Shown: positions 27,801-38,004 of the stretch, piece after piece
Layout of the letters: each line of letters starts with the position of its first letter
Position numbering within the stretch: the first letter of the stretch is position 1
Assembly (NCBI GenBank): GCA_040755995.1
Contig: JBFMAF010000018.1
Location: 64,001-128,000, forward strand
Reading direction: 5' to 3'
Origin: Acidobacteriota bacterium
Lineage (GTDB): Bacteria > Acidobacteriota > CAIWXX01
Length of the DNA: 64,000 nt
Made by a program: the position numbers and the translations under genes
Notes under the pieces: model-generated
The model's database searches: none
Told to the model about the DNA's origin: nothing
The model's input: only the letters and a program-made list of their open reading frames with translations

Positions 27801-29753
27801 CTAGACCGCCACATAGACCGGCTGCCCGTCGCGATCTTCAAACCAGCAAACCTGCTCATCCACCATGTCCAGCTTGAGGACATACGGCTCGGATTCAGAA
27901 GGCAGTCCGATCTGCACCGGCAGATCGGCTGCTGTGCCGGGTCCAATATCGGCAGGCAGCTCCACTCTCGCGTAGTCACGGTTCAGTATCCGGCGATCTG
28001 GGCTCATGAGCTGGATCCCGAGCCGGACCCGGCCGGGCTCAGCTCCTCCGGCGAGCCAGATCGTATCGCCGGTATTGGCCAGCCGAACGGTCCCGTGCAC
28101 CCGTAAGCGATCGCGTGCCAGGCGTGGCTCGATCCGCGCAGTCAGCTTGTGCGGCATGCGCGAATCGAAGGGGCGTACTCCTTTGGAGAACACGATCACG
28201 GGCGACGAGTAGATCGATTCAAGCACGAACTTGCTGAACGGGACGAGTCCATCCGCCAAGGACACATTCCAGTTCTCCATGGGAGTCAGCGCAGCGGCCT
28301 CCAAATCCTCTGGGCCCAGGGAGAGCATTGGTACGTGGTGCGGAACGATCTGAATCGGGTCGAACCCTGCTGCCCGTGCGAACTTGACGGCCTCTTTGAC
28401 ATGAATCTCACCCTCCGATACTCCGTACTCGTGCATCTCGCCTCGCGACTTCGCAGATTCCGAGTGCCCCTCGCCCGGCTCTGCGATCAGAAACTGTCCG
28501 CCCGGGACGAGCGCGCGGAAGGCCTCGAAAAACACGGCCTCGATACGGGGAACATGGTGCAGTGCGTCGACGATCACTACAGCATCTAGCGAGCCCGGAG
28601 CTATCGGCAAAGCTGTCATGTCTCCCACCACGAGGCGTGCTGGGAGTTGCGCCTGCTGCAGCCGTTTCCGGCCCAGGCGCAGAAGCGTGGGCGCGATGTC
28701 GAGCGTGATGACGCGGTAGCCGAGCCTTGTCAGAAGCTCGGTCACCCACGCGGCGCCGCCACCCAGATCAAGAACGAGCCCCTCGTGCGGAGCCCGCAAT
28801 CTCTCGGCGAGGACCAGGAACGCATCCAGCAGACGCACATTCTGCTCCCGATTCACGCGGGTGAACGGTTTGCACAGGAAATAGTGGGTCTCGGTTTCGT
28901 CGGCGTAGCGATCGATCTCGGCCTTGACGCTGTGCGGCTTCTTCTCGCCCGGGGACCCGGCCAGAATCTGTGCCCATGACATCGAATCCATGGGCTCGCA
29001 CAGAACCCCCGCAACCCGTGACAATGCCGAGAGTACCGCGCGGTGAGCCGACGCAAGGTGGGCCAGCACGTCCGACGTGAGAATCGTGCTCCCAATGTGC
29101 TCCGGCGCCGGTTCGGCATCCGCCAGGAGTTGAGAAGATGCCTCCCTGAGAGTGACTCCCATGCAAGTGAGCGCAGCCGCTGCCGCAATGCGAACGGTGC
29201 ACATCGGATCGCGCAACGCGCTCTGCAGTTCGCGAATTCGAGAGACTTCGCGGCATTCGCCCAAAGCCAGGGCCGCCGCGGTTCGCACCGCCCAGAACCG
29301 ATCCTTCAGGCAGCCGGCGATCGGCCAGCTGAAGAGCGGGCCAAAGAGCACCGCGCTGGGATACCAATGCTTCAGCAAAAGAGCGCGGCGGACAGCCCGC
29401 ACGGATAGGCGTACCGCTCGAAGAACCAAGGGCTCCAGGGCGCGTGCGCCCGGGATCCAACGCGATGCGTGATCGGCGGCGGCGTGGATGAGCCGCAGGA
29501 TTGGGTCATCTCGGATGATCGTCCCCATCGCAGAAACGGCCATCGTTCGCGTCAGCCAGTCCCCATTGTCGATCAGGTGTGCAAGCCCTGGCAGCCCGCG
29601 CGGGCCGCGCTCGCGCAGCCGCAGCAGCGCCTGCAGCGGGACGCTCTCTTCAATCACCGCAGGAAGCGGCTGAGCGGCTCGAGGCTCCGATCCGGCATTC
29701 TCGTTCACTTCCACCGAGCGATCTCCCGTCTCTGGGTCGGCAGGATTGCTCAA
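27801..29753 (-). CDS. HEAT-repeat + class I SAM methyltransferase + C-terminal Ig-like domain
   Basis: D..W.VR.AAA.ALG repeats; VLDLGGG, GDM..LP, ALHHV, LVPGG; NTGDT.W...Y.LKLDMV.E.VCWF. Confidence 0.82.
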   Translation of the reverse strand: MSNPADPETGDRSVEVNENAGSEPRAAQPLPAVIEESVPLQALLRLRERGPRGLPGLAHLIDNGDWLTRTMAVSAMGTIIRDDPILRLIHAAADHASRWIPGARALEPLVLRAVRLSVRAVRRALLLKHWYPSAVLFGPLFSWPIAGCLKDRFWAVRTAAALALGECREVSRIRELQSALRDPMCTVRIAAAAALTCMGVTLREASSQLLADAEPAPEHIGSTILTSDVLAHLASAHRAVLSALSRVAGVLCEPMDSMSWAQILAGSPGEKKPHSVKAEIDRYADETETHYFLCKPFTRVNREQNVRLLDAFLVLAERLRAPHEGLVLDLGGGAAWVTELLTRLGYRVITLDIAPTLLRLGRKRLQQAQLPARLVVGDMTALPIAPGSLDAVVIVDALHHVPRIEAVFFEAFRALVPGGQFLIAEPGEGHSESAKSRGEMHEYGVSEGEIHVKEAVKFARAAGFDPIQIVPHHVPMLSLGPEDLEAAALTPMENWNVSLADGLVPFSKFVLESIYSSPVIVFSKGVRPFDSRMPHKLTARIEPRLARDRLRVHGTVRLANTGDTIWLAGGAEPGRVRLGIQLMSPDRRILNRDYARVELPADIGPGTAADLPVQIGLPSESEPYVLKLDMVDEQVCWFEDRDGQPVYVAV

Positions 29754-29885
29754 CCGAAGACCGCGGCGAAGAGTTCGGGGACCGGGTTGAGCTGCCGCCG
29801 CCTCGGACAGGTGATCCGTGGTCTAGAAAGAGGGCGAGAGATGAGCGGCGTCAACTTTCAGCGCCATCCGCGGGGGTGGCCCCTC

Positions 29886-30029
29886 TCAGGTCAGCTCGTC
29901 GTAGTTGTCGTCCTGGTAATCCGGGATCTTGGCCTTCTCGGTCTCGGATCCGATGAAGAACCCGAGCGCGAATGCAGACGCCACTGCGGCCAGAATCAGG
30001 ACTGCCTTGCCGTAATCTTCGACCTTCAA
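29886..30029 (-). CDS. 47-aa single-TM small protein
   Basis: GGAGGTG RBS + TTG start; MKVEDYGKAVLILAAVASAFALGFFIGSE...; coding-like codon usage. Confidence 0.7.
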   Translation of the reverse strand: MKVEDYGKAVLILAAVASAFALGFFIGSETEKAKIPDYQDDNYDELT

Positions 30030-30099
30030 CGACCACCTCCGATTCCAATTGTATGAAACGCGCATCGCGTGTGTCAACGACTGCGGGATAAGCGGATAA

Positions 30100-30174
30100 G
30101 CGGCCGCAGTACTCGCATCGGCTCAACGCCCGCCGGATGACCGGGCGCCGAAGTGGGTGCGGGATGTAGGTCAA
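30100..30174 (-). pseudogene. N-terminal fragment of an HNH endonuclease
   Basis: TYIP..LRR.VI.RA..RCEYCG then loses similarity; start overlaps upstream stop. Confidence 0.7.
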
Positions 30175-30404
30175 GGGATCGACGGAGCGCGCACAGTGTT
30201 GCGCTCGGCACGGAGTCGCAGAAGAGATAACAGTTCGGCCAGATTGACCAGGCCTTCTGCCTCCGCGCGCTCCTCGGGCGTCAAACCACCCCCGGAGTCC
30301 TGCCTATCCGGGAGCCACTGCAAGCGCTGATCCACGCCGCTGGGCAGGCGCAGTCGAGCGAGGTCGTCAGGGAGTTCGATCTCAACCTGCATCGCCTGGG
30401 CCAT
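30171..30404 (-). CDS. Small antitoxin-like protein of the type found upstream of HNH nucleases
   Basis: RLQWL.DRQ..G.LTPEERAEAEGLV.LAELLSLLRLRA; coupled to the HNH relic. Confidence 0.65.
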   Translation of the reverse strand: MAQAMQVEIELPDDLARLRLPSGVDQRLQWLPDRQDSGGGLTPEERAEAEGLVNLAELLSLLRLRAERNTVRAPSIP

Positions 30405-30553
30405 CGTCAGTCTCCCTATGCTCATCATAGCGCCGATTGCTGTGAGTGCAAACCTGCCTTCGCCTTCGCGTAGGCTGCCGCGCGGCACGCATTCGCGGCG
30501 TTTGCCGACCCAGCGCGGCCCACCTCGGATTTCGAACCCCGAAATCCAACGAT

Positions 30554-31120
30554 CTAGGCCCACCACCCAGCCAGGTCGATCTCGATTTCCGAGAACGGTT
30601 CAGCGCGAGCGGTGTCAGTCGCCTCGAATGACCCGGCGTCCTGCCAGAGATCGCCCGCGCGCCGCGAAACCTCGAGCGTCTGCGCATTCGGATCCACGAT
30701 CCACAGCCAACCGATCCCCTCGCGCGCGTAGATCCTCTTCTTGCGGACGCGGTCCATTCTCGAGCTGCGCGGGGAAACGACTTCGCAGACCCAATCCGGA
30801 GCCAGCGTGAAGAAAGCAACGTCAGGAACTTGCGGCATCCGCTCGCGTTTCCACCCCGCCAGGTCCGGCACGAGAATGTGAACTCCGAGATGCAGCTCGG
30901 GTTCGTCGAGAATCCACCAGCCGGTAGCACCACCTGTGCCACCCGGTCCCCGCCCGAGGTGGCCGACAAGGTCAGCGCCGATGACACTAGACGCGAGTGT
31001 ATGCCTCGCGCCCGGCCTGGGCGATGTGACAAGCTCCCCGTCTATGATCTCGGCAATCATGTGATCCGGAACCTGCAACAGATCCTCGTATGTGGCGAAG
31101 CGGCGTGCCGGCTCTCCCAT
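30554..31120 (-). CDS. Uma2 family endonuclease
   Basis: AEIIDGEL...P...H, LVPDLAGW, APDWVCEVVSP, K..IYA..G...LWIVDP. Confidence 0.92.
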   Translation of the reverse strand: MGEPARRFATYEDLLQVPDHMIAEIIDGELVTSPRPGARHTLASSVIGADLVGHLGRGPGGTGGATGWWILDEPELHLGVHILVPDLAGWKRERMPQVPDVAFFTLAPDWVCEVVSPRSSRMDRVRKKRIYAREGIGWLWIVDPNAQTLEVSRRAGDLWQDAGSFEATDTARAEPFSEIEIDLAGWWA

Positions 31121-31184
31121 CCGTGGCCTCCTCAGATATCATCGGATTCCATTATACAGGATCGTCCACCACTGCATACCCCTG

Positions 31185-31227
31185 CGTCTAACGTCTTTCG
31201 TCTGACGTCTCGCGTTGTCGCGTTGTT
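31185..31227. repeat. Heptamer tandem array (CGTCTNN) between Uma2 and tRNA-Val
   Basis: CGTCTAA CGTCTTT CGTCTGA CGTCTCG CGTTGTC(G) CGTTGTT. Confidence 0.75.
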
Positions 31228-31316
31228 CGTCGCTTGACTGGGGTCCGAAGTTTTGTTATCTATTTCATTTTGCAGTGCTTCATGGGGAGCATTATCGGGA
31301 AAGATTTGACATATGG

Positions 31317-31393
31317 AGGCGCGTAGCTCAGCTGGTCAGAGCGCTACTTTGACATGGTAGAGGTCGGCGGTTCGATCCCGCCCGCGCCTACCA
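31317..31393 (+). tRNA. tRNA-Val(GAC)
   Basis: Acceptor AGGCGCG/CGCGCCT, D-arm GCTC/GAGC, anticodon loop TTGACAT, T-loop TTCGATC, encoded CCA. Confidence 0.97.
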
Positions 31394-31518
31394 CTGGCGA
31401 TAATGCTTCATGGCAGGGCCGGCACGTAGAGAGGGAGAACACGAAGAGGTTGATACGAGGCAACGACGTTCTGGAGCTCTCCCGGTTCGCGACTCTGGCC
31501 TTGTAAGATAGGACAATC

Positions 31519-33456
31519 GTGGAAAATCCAATAGCACAACTCACTTTGGAGCTCCCCGGCGGCGTCAAGCGAGAGTATCCTGCCGGAGTGCTCGCCGGCG
31601 AGATCGTGCGCGATATCGGTGCAAACACCCCTGAGGCCATCGGGCTGCGCGTGGGCGACCAGGTCTACGACCTGGGTTCGCGAGTGGCGCACGGAGGCCC
31701 CGCCGTGCCGGTAACGAGCACTTCGCCCGAAGCCATCGAGATCATCCGCCACTCGGCCTCGCACCTCATGGCCCACGCCGTGACCGATCTGTTCCCGGGG
31801 GTCGAAGTCGGCGTCGGGCCCGCCACCGAGACCGGCTTCTACTACGACTTCAAGAAGGACGAGCCGTTCACTCCGGAGGACCTCGTCAAGATCGAAGAAC
31901 GGATGCGCGAGCTCATCCGCGCCGACATCCCGATCGAGCGGAAGATGGTGTCGAAGGAGGAAGCCCTCCGAATATTCCAGGGCCGCGGGCAGTCGCTCAA
32001 GGTCGAGCTGATCACCGAGAAGGGCGGAGACCAGGTAAGCTGCTACGAGCAGGACGGCTTCATCGATTTCTGCCTCGGACCTCACATGCCGTCCACCGGG
32101 CGCATAAAGGCCTTGAAGCTGCTCTCGATCGCCGCCTGCTACTGGAAGGGCGACGAGCGCAACGCCTCGATGCAGCGCATCTACGGCACCGCTTTCTTCG
32201 ACGACCAATCCCTCCTCGACTACCTCAAGTTCCTCGAGGAGTCCAAGAAACGAGACCACCGGCACCTCGGCCCGCAACTAGACCTCTTCTCGGTCGAGGA
32301 TCAGAAAGTCGGCGCCGGGCTCATCCTCTGGCACCCGAAAGGCGCCCGCGTGCGCATGATCATGGAGGACTTCATCAAGGCCGAACTGATGAGGAACGGC
32401 TACGAGCCCGTCTACACTCCGCACATCGCGCGGCTCGACCTCTGGAAGACCAGCGGGCATACGGAGTTTTTCCGCGAGAACATGTTCCCGTCGATGGATA
32501 TGGACGAGCTGCGGTACCAGATCAAGCCGATGAACTGCCCGTTCCACATTGCCATCTACAAGAGCCGGCTGCGGAGCTACCGCGACCTGCCGATCCGATA
32601 CTGCGAGTTCGGCACCGTGTACAGGTACGAGCGCAGCGGAGTGCTCCACGGACTGCTCCGCGTCCGCGGCTTCACCCAGGACGACGCACACATCTTCTGC
32701 CGCCCGGAGCAGCTCAACGACGAGATACAGCGGCTCGTCGATTTCACATTCCTGATCTTGAAGACATTCGGTTTCGAGGAGTTCGAGATCTACCTCTCTA
32801 CACGCCCGGAGAAATTCATCGGCACAGTCGAAGGATGGGACCGCGCCACGGCGGCCCTGCGTAAGGCGCTCGAAACACGCGAGCTACTCTACCGCGTCGA
32901 CGAGGGCGGCGGCGCTTTCTACGGCCCCAAGATCGACGTCAAGGTCATGGATGCGATCAAGCGGCCATGGCAGACCACGACCATCCAGGTCGACTTCAAC
33001 CTGCCCGAACGGCTGGAAGTGACCTACATGGGCGAGGACGGCAACCATCACACCGCCATCATGCTCCATCGCGCCCTCTTCGGCTCGATCGAACGCTTCA
33101 TGGGCGTGCTCATCGAACACTACGGCGGCGCCTTCCCCATCTGGCTTGCCCCGGTGCAGGCGGCCGTCCTGCCAATCACCGACAGGACGCACGCCTACGC
33201 GCAGTCGGTCAAGGAAGCGCTCGACCGCGAGGACATCCGCGCCACTATCGACTCGCGCAGCGAGAAGATCGGATACAAGATCCGCGAGGCTCAGAACCAG
33301 AAGATACCGTACATGCTCGTCGTCGGAGACAAGGAAGCTCAGGCCGGCACAGTCGCCGTGCGAAACAGGTTCCATGGCGATCAGGGCGCAAGGACGCTGA
33401 GCGAGTTCATAGCGGAGATCAAGAAACACATCGCGGACAGGAGCCCGCGACCCTAG
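31519..33456 (+). CDS. thrS: Threonyl-tRNA synthetase
   Basis: RHSASHLMA, KPMNCPFH, GLLRVRGFTQDDAH, GAFYGPKID. Confidence 0.99.
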   Translation: MENPIAQLTLELPGGVKREYPAGVLAGEIVRDIGANTPEAIGLRVGDQVYDLGSRVAHGGPAVPVTSTSPEAIEIIRHSASHLMAHAVTDLFPGVEVGVGPATETGFYYDFKKDEPFTPEDLVKIEERMRELIRADIPIERKMVSKEEALRIFQGRGQSLKVELITEKGGDQVSCYEQDGFIDFCLGPHMPSTGRIKALKLLSIAACYWKGDERNASMQRIYGTAFFDDQSLLDYLKFLEESKKRDHRHLGPQLDLFSVEDQKVGAGLILWHPKGARVRMIMEDFIKAELMRNGYEPVYTPHIARLDLWKTSGHTEFFRENMFPSMDMDELRYQIKPMNCPFHIAIYKSRLRSYRDLPIRYCEFGTVYRYERSGVLHGLLRVRGFTQDDAHIFCRPEQLNDEIQRLVDFTFLILKTFGFEEFEIYLSTRPEKFIGTVEGWDRATAALRKALETRELLYRVDEGGGAFYGPKIDVKVMDAIKRPWQTTTIQVDFNLPERLEVTYMGEDGNHHTAIMLHRALFGSIERFMGVLIEHYGGAFPIWLAPVQAAVLPITDRTHAYAQSVKEALDREDIRATIDSRSEKIGYKIREAQNQKIPYMLVVGDKEAQAGTVAVRNRFHGDQGARTLSEFIAEIKKHIADRSPRP

Positions 33457-33483
33457 GCTTCACAACACAAGGAGGATTGGGCC

Positions 33484-34089
33484 ATCGAGCACACTAACGT
33501 CAGGGTAAACGAGAGGATTCGCGCACGCGAAATTCGAGTGATCGCCGAAGACGGCGCGCAGCTCGGCATCATGCAACCGGCCGATGCATTGAGGATAGCG
33601 CGGGAACGGGAGCTGGACCTCGTCGAGGTCGCACCACAGGCCACTCCGCCGGTCTGCCGCATCCTGAACTACGGCAAATACAAGTACCAGCAGGCAAGAA
33701 AAGCGCATGACGCCAGAAAACACCAGCGCAACATCGTCGTCAAAGAGGTGAAATTCCGGCCTAAGATCGATGAGCACGACTACCAGTTCAAGAAGAAAAA
33801 CTGCGAGCGCTTCCTCACGGAGGGAGACAAGGTCAAAGCCACCATCATCTATCGAGGCCGTGAAATGGCTCACCTCGACTTCGGCAGGCACATCCTGGAC
33901 AGGCTCATGAACGAGCTCCAGCCCAACGCAGTCATCGAAGCTCAACCGAAGCAGGAGGGGCGGAACCTGTACGCCATTCTGGCACCGAAGAAGATCAAGG
34001 AGACAGTACATCATGCCAAAACTGAAAAGCCACAGGGGCGCAAAGAAGCGCTTCAGCCTGACGGCGAGCGGAAAGATCAGGCGCAATAA
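33484..34089 (+). CDS. infC: Translation initiation factor IF-3 (non-canonical ATC start)
   Basis: GGAGG RBS then in-frame ATC; VRVNERIRAREIRVI...DLVEVAP...YGKYKY...KEVKFRP. Confidence 0.95.
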   Translation: MEHTNVRVNERIRAREIRVIAEDGAQLGIMQPADALRIARERELDLVEVAPQATPPVCRILNYGKYKYQQARKAHDARKHQRNIVVKEVKFRPKIDEHDYQFKKKNCERFLTEGDKVKATIIYRGREMAHLDFGRHILDRLMNELQPNAVIEAQPKQEGRNLYAILAPKKIKETVHHAKTEKPQGRKEALQPDGERKDQAQ

Positions 34090-34210
34090 GGCGTACAAGA
34101 ACCACATCCTGACCAAGAAGGCCTCCGGCCGGAAGCGCAAGCTTGACATGCCGGGCCTTATCAGCAAGGCGGACACCGAGCGCGTCAAGCACATGCTGCC
34201 GTATGGTTGA
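34013..34210 (+). CDS. rpmI: 50S ribosomal protein L35
   Basis: MPKLKSHRGAKKRF...H.LTKK. Confidence 0.98.
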   Translation: MPKLKSHRGAKKRFSLTASGKIRRNKAYKNHILTKKASGRKRKLDMPGLISKADTERVKHMLPYG

Positions 34211-34231
34211 TGGGGCTTCAGGGAGACTAAG

Positions 34232-34609
34232 ATGCCTAGGGTTAAGAGAGGATTCAAGAGGAAGAACGAGCGCAAGAAGCTGCTGAAGCGGGCCAAGGGA
34301 TACTACGCCGGCAAGAGCAAGCTCTACAAGTTCGCGAAGGAGGCCACTGAGAAGGCCGGGGTCTATGCCTTTCGTGACAGGCGGGCCCGCAAACGCGACA
34401 TGCGGCAGCTCTGGATCGCCCGGATCGGCGCGGCCGCCCGCAAGGTCGGCATCTCGTACAACCGCCTCATCGCGGGGCTCAACAAGGCAGGCGTGGTGCT
34501 GGATCGGAAGATCCTGGCCGAGATCGCCGTGAAGGACGCACCGGCCTTCGCGCAGATCGTGGAGCGAGCGAAGGCCCACCTGCCGGCCCCCAAGAGCGCC
34601 GCCGCCTAG
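34232..34609 (+). CDS. rplT: 50S ribosomal protein L20
   Basis: MPRVKRG...AKGY...YAFRDRR...LWIARI...LDRKILA. Confidence 0.98.
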   Translation: MPRVKRGFKRKNERKKLLKRAKGYYAGKSKLYKFAKEATEKAGVYAFRDRRARKRDMRQLWIARIGAAARKVGISYNRLIAGLNKAGVVLDRKILAEIAVKDAPAFAQIVERAKAHLPAPKSAAA

Positions 34610-34705
34610 AAACGGCAGATCTTCGGACCGCGGAGGCCGCGGCCACCGCGCCGGCGCGCGCGCGGCCTCCCGATCCGACGCGATTCCGATACAATAGGCG
34701 GCCAA

Positions 34706-35740
34706 ATGGATCTGATCGCAGAGCTGAGCGACCTCGAACGGCAGTTCCGGGAGGATCTGTCCGGCTGCGCCGACGAGCGCGCGCTCAGGGAACTGCACGA
34801 CAAGTACCTCTCGCGCAAGCACGGGCTTGTCTCCGAGAAGATGCGGCTGCTGCCGCAGCTCGACGCATCTCTGCGTGCCTCCGCCGGCCAGCGGGCCAAC
34901 GAGCTGAAGAAGCTGGTCGAGAAGTCGATCGACTCGCGTTCGAAGGAGGTCCAAGGGAAGGCCGCCAAGACGGGTCAGGCTGTCGTGGATGTCACGCTTC
35001 CGGGGCTGCGGCCGCGGCGCGGGTGCATCCACCCGATCTCGGCCACACGCCGGCAGATCTGCCGGATTTTTTTGCAGATGGGCTACGCGATCGAGGACGG
35101 CCCGGAGCTCGACACGGACTACTACAACTTCGAGGCCGCCAACATCCCGATAGACCATCCGGCGCGTGACGCACAAGACAGCTTCTACGTCACCGACGAG
35201 CTGCTTCTGCGCACCCATACCACCCCCGTGCAGATCCATGCCATGCAGCGGCGAAAGCCCCCTTTCCGGATCATCGCCCCGGGCCGCGTCTTCCGGCGCG
35301 ACGCCACCGACGCGACCCACACGCCGATGTTCTTCCAGGTCGAGGGGCTCGTCGTCGGCTACGGCATCAGCTTCGGGCACCTGCGCGGCACGCTGGAAGT
35401 CTTTGCGCGAATGATGTTCGGCCAGGACGTGAAGGTGCGCTTCCGCCCGAGCTACTTCCCGTTTGTCGAGCCCGGGGCCGAGATGGACATCTCGTGCTTT
35501 CTCTGCAAGGGCGTGGGCTGCCGTGTCTGCAAACAGTCCGGCTGGATCGAGATCCTGGGCTCGGGCATGGTGCATCCCGCCCTGTTTACGCGCGCCGGAT
35601 ACGACGCAGAAGGCCTCACCGGGTTCGCCTTCGGCATGGGCATCGACCGGATCACGATGCTCAAGTACGGCATCGAGGACGCCCGGCTCTTCTTCGAGAA
35701 CGATATTCGCTTTCTTTCGCAGTTCAGGAGGATCCGGTGA
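34706..35740 (+). CDS. pheS: Phenylalanyl-tRNA synthetase alpha subunit
   Basis: HPARD.QD, LLRTHT, FRPSYFPFVEP, GFAFGMG. Confidence 0.98.
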   Translation: MDLIAELSDLERQFREDLSGCADERALRELHDKYLSRKHGLVSEKMRLLPQLDASLRASAGQRANELKKLVEKSIDSRSKEVQGKAAKTGQAVVDVTLPGLRPRRGCIHPISATRRQICRIFLQMGYAIEDGPELDTDYYNFEAANIPIDHPARDAQDSFYVTDELLLRTHTTPVQIHAMQRRKPPFRIIAPGRVFRRDATDATHTPMFFQVEGLVVGYGISFGHLRGTLEVFARMMFGQDVKVRFRPSYFPFVEPGAEMDISCFLCKGVGCRVCKQSGWIEILGSGMVHPALFTRAGYDAEGLTGFAFGMGIDRITMLKYGIEDARLFFENDIRFLSQFRRIR

Positions 35741-37713
35741 AGATCAGCTGCCGCTGGCTTCGCGAGCTGCTGCCGCTGGCGCAGAGCCCGGAGGATCTCG
35801 CCGCGACGCTCACAGCGCTCGGCCATGCCGTCGACGCCGTCTCGGCGTGCGGCGACGACCACGTGCTCGACGTCGACATCACCTCCAATCGGCCCGACTG
35901 CCTGAGTGTGGTCGGGCTGGCACGCGAGCTGGCCGGGTACTACCGCCTGCCGCTCTCGCCGCCTCCAACCGAGGTTCTCGAGGAAGGGGCCTGGATCGGG
36001 AGTATTACTACAGTTGTAGTAGAGTCTCCCGATCTCTGCCCGCGCTACTGCGCCCGCGTGCTCACCTCCGTAAAGGTCGCCGAGTCTCCGGAGTGGCTCA
36101 AGGCGAGGCTCGAGGCTGCAGGCCAGCGGCCCATCAACAACGTGGTGGATGTCACCAACCTTGTGATGCTCGAGATGGGCCATCCGGTGCATGCGTTCGA
36201 CCTCGACCGGCTCGACGGCCACATGATCCGCGTGCGCCGGGCGCGGGCCGGCGAGCGCATGAAGACGCTGGACGGCGTCGAGCGCGCGCTGGATTCGGAG
36301 ACGCTCGTCATCGCCGATCAGAAGTCGGCGGTGGCCGTGGCCGGAGTGATGGGCGGGGAGTTTTCCGAGATCGGCCCGCACACGCAGCGGATGCTGCTCG
36401 AAAGCGCCCTGTTCGAGCCCACGAGCGTGCGCCGGACGAGCAAGCGATTGGGGCTGCGAACGGAGGCCTCGACGCGCTTCGAGAAGGGATGCGACCCGGA
36501 GGCTCCACCGCGCGCCGCAGATCGCGTATGCCGCCTGCTGCAGGAGATGGGCTGTGTCGTGGCGCGCGGCTACCTGGATGTGCGCGCGGCGATGCCGGCG
36601 AAGCCGGCGGTCGAGCTCGCCGAGGCTCAGGTGTCCGGACTGCTCGGAGTCGCCGTGCCGATCGAAGAGTGCGCCGAGATGCTGAGGCGTCTTCACTTCG
36701 ACGTTCTGGTCACTGGACCGAGCGCGCTGCGCGCGCGGCCTCCGAGCTATCGCGTGGATGTCGACAGCTCCGTGGACCTCGTCGAGGAGGTGGCGCGCCT
36801 GTACGGCTACAATCGAATCCCGGCGGCGTTGCCGCCTCTGGAGTCGGAGCCGGAGCAGCTGTTGCCGCACCTGGAGCTGGAGGAGGCGGTTCGGGACTGT
36901 CTGGCGGGCGCGGGTCTTACCGAGGTTATTACGTACAGCTTCGTCGAGGCTCCGGCGCCGGCCTCCGGCATGATCCCGCTCCGCAACCCGATCTCCGAGC
37001 GGACCCACCTGCGCGACTCACTGCTCTACGGGCTCCGGGAATGCGCCCTGCACGACATCAACAACGGCATCGATGATTTCGGGCTTTTCGAGATAGGGCA
37101 CGTCTTTCACGACGGGTTACGGGAGTCGTCTTCGCTGGGCATTCTGATCTCGACGGCGCCGCGTGCGGATGCTGGATGGTCGACGCCGGCATCGCCGGTG
37201 GGTTTTCATCATCTGAAGGGTGTAGTCGAGGGGCTCTTCGACGCGATCGGGTTGGAGGGGGTGGCGTTCCGTGCGGCTGCGGACGGCCTCGCCGAGGTGC
37301 GGCATGGGGACAGGCTGCTGGGGCGTTGTGGGTCCGTGGGTGTCGGGGCGAAGAACCAGGCGTTCTTTACGGAGTTGGATCTGGAAGAGCTGGGCAAGGG
37401 CCCGTTGGTGCCGGTGGACTACAGGCCCATTGCCCGATTCCCTGCCAGCACGCGCGACATTTCATTGCTGGTGGACGAGAGCGTCGAGTACGCATCGGTC
37501 GCTGCGGCGATCGAGAAGTCGGCCGGTCCGGAGCTGGTGGCGGTTCAGTTGATTGACCTGTTCCGTGGAGAGAAGGTTCCGGCCGGCAAGAAATCGATGA
37601 CGGTCAGGCTTCGCTTTCAATCGTCCGCAAGGACGCTGGCGTCGCTTGAGGTGGAGGCGCTGTGCGCGAGGTGCGTGGAAGCGCTGGAAAGGGTGGGTGC
37701 GGTACGAAGGTAA
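35737..37713 (+). CDS. pheT: Phenylalanyl-tRNA synthetase beta subunit (short form without the B2 OB-fold)
   Basis: GTG overlapping pheS stop; DITSNRPDCLS at residue ~47; INNVVDVTN; DLVEEVARLYGY; C-terminal anticodon-binding domain. Confidence 0.95.
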   Translation: MKISCRWLRELLPLAQSPEDLAATLTALGHAVDAVSACGDDHVLDVDITSNRPDCLSVVGLARELAGYYRLPLSPPPTEVLEEGAWIGSITTVVVESPDLCPRYCARVLTSVKVAESPEWLKARLEAAGQRPINNVVDVTNLVMLEMGHPVHAFDLDRLDGHMIRVRRARAGERMKTLDGVERALDSETLVIADQKSAVAVAGVMGGEFSEIGPHTQRMLLESALFEPTSVRRTSKRLGLRTEASTRFEKGCDPEAPPRAADRVCRLLQEMGCVVARGYLDVRAAMPAKPAVELAEAQVSGLLGVAVPIEECAEMLRRLHFDVLVTGPSALRARPPSYRVDVDSSVDLVEEVARLYGYNRIPAALPPLESEPEQLLPHLELEEAVRDCLAGAGLTEVITYSFVEAPAPASGMIPLRNPISERTHLRDSLLYGLRECALHDINNGIDDFGLFEIGHVFHDGLRESSSLGILISTAPRADAGWSTPASPVGFHHLKGVVEGLFDAIGLEGVAFRAAADGLAEVRHGDRLLGRCGSVGVGAKNQAFFTELDLEELGKGPLVPVDYRPIARFPASTRDISLLVDESVEYASVAAAIEKSAGPELVAVQLIDLFRGEKVPAGKKSMTVRLRFQSSARTLASLEVEALCARCVEALERVGAVRR

Positions 37714-38000
37714 CAGGTTCTGGTGACAACCTCCGTGTGTTAGAGGAGCGTGTTCTGCTGGCGGTTGGGACGATCACGAAGCTTCGCACCGAGAATAGCA
37801 GCTTGAATGACCAGCTCAAGAAGGCCGTGGCCGAATCCAGGAGGCTCCAGCAGGAGGTCGATAGGATGCAGGGGGCGCAGGTGAACTACAAGAAGGTCGA
37901 GGAAGAGCTGTCGGCGCTCAAGGCGGATCGTGAGACGGTGAAGAGCCGGATCGAGGCCATCGTCGAGAAGCTCGCTGTACTCGACGCGGAGGATCAGTAG
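37662..38000 (+). CDS. ZapB-like coiled-coil cell division protein (start uncertain, possibly GTG 37737)
   Basis: Heptad coiled coil; position between pheT and zapA. Confidence 0.7.
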   Translation: MREVRGSAGKGGCGTKVTGSGDNLRVLEERVLLAVGTITKLRTENSSLNDQLKKAVAESRRLQQEVDRMQGAQVNYKKVEEELSALKADRETVKSRIEAIVEKLAVLDAEDQ

Positions 38001-38004
38001 GCGC

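Noticed and set aside
29886..30029. Small ORF as a RiPP precursor for the radical SAM/SPASM enzyme
   Set aside because: It looks like a TM peptide; no RRE/PqqD domain, peptidase or transporter nearby
31317..31393. tRNA-Val as an integration site for an island
   Set aside because: No integrase and no duplicated tRNA 3' end noticed; thrS follows directly
31394..31518. T-box or anticodon-mimic operator upstream of thrS
   Set aside because: Some pairing potential, but no T-box consensus, terminator or clear Thr anticodon-like loop
35737..35900. PheT truncation as a pseudogene
   Set aside because: Loss of the B2 domain is a known natural variant; the start is coupled to pheS and the remaining domains are intact
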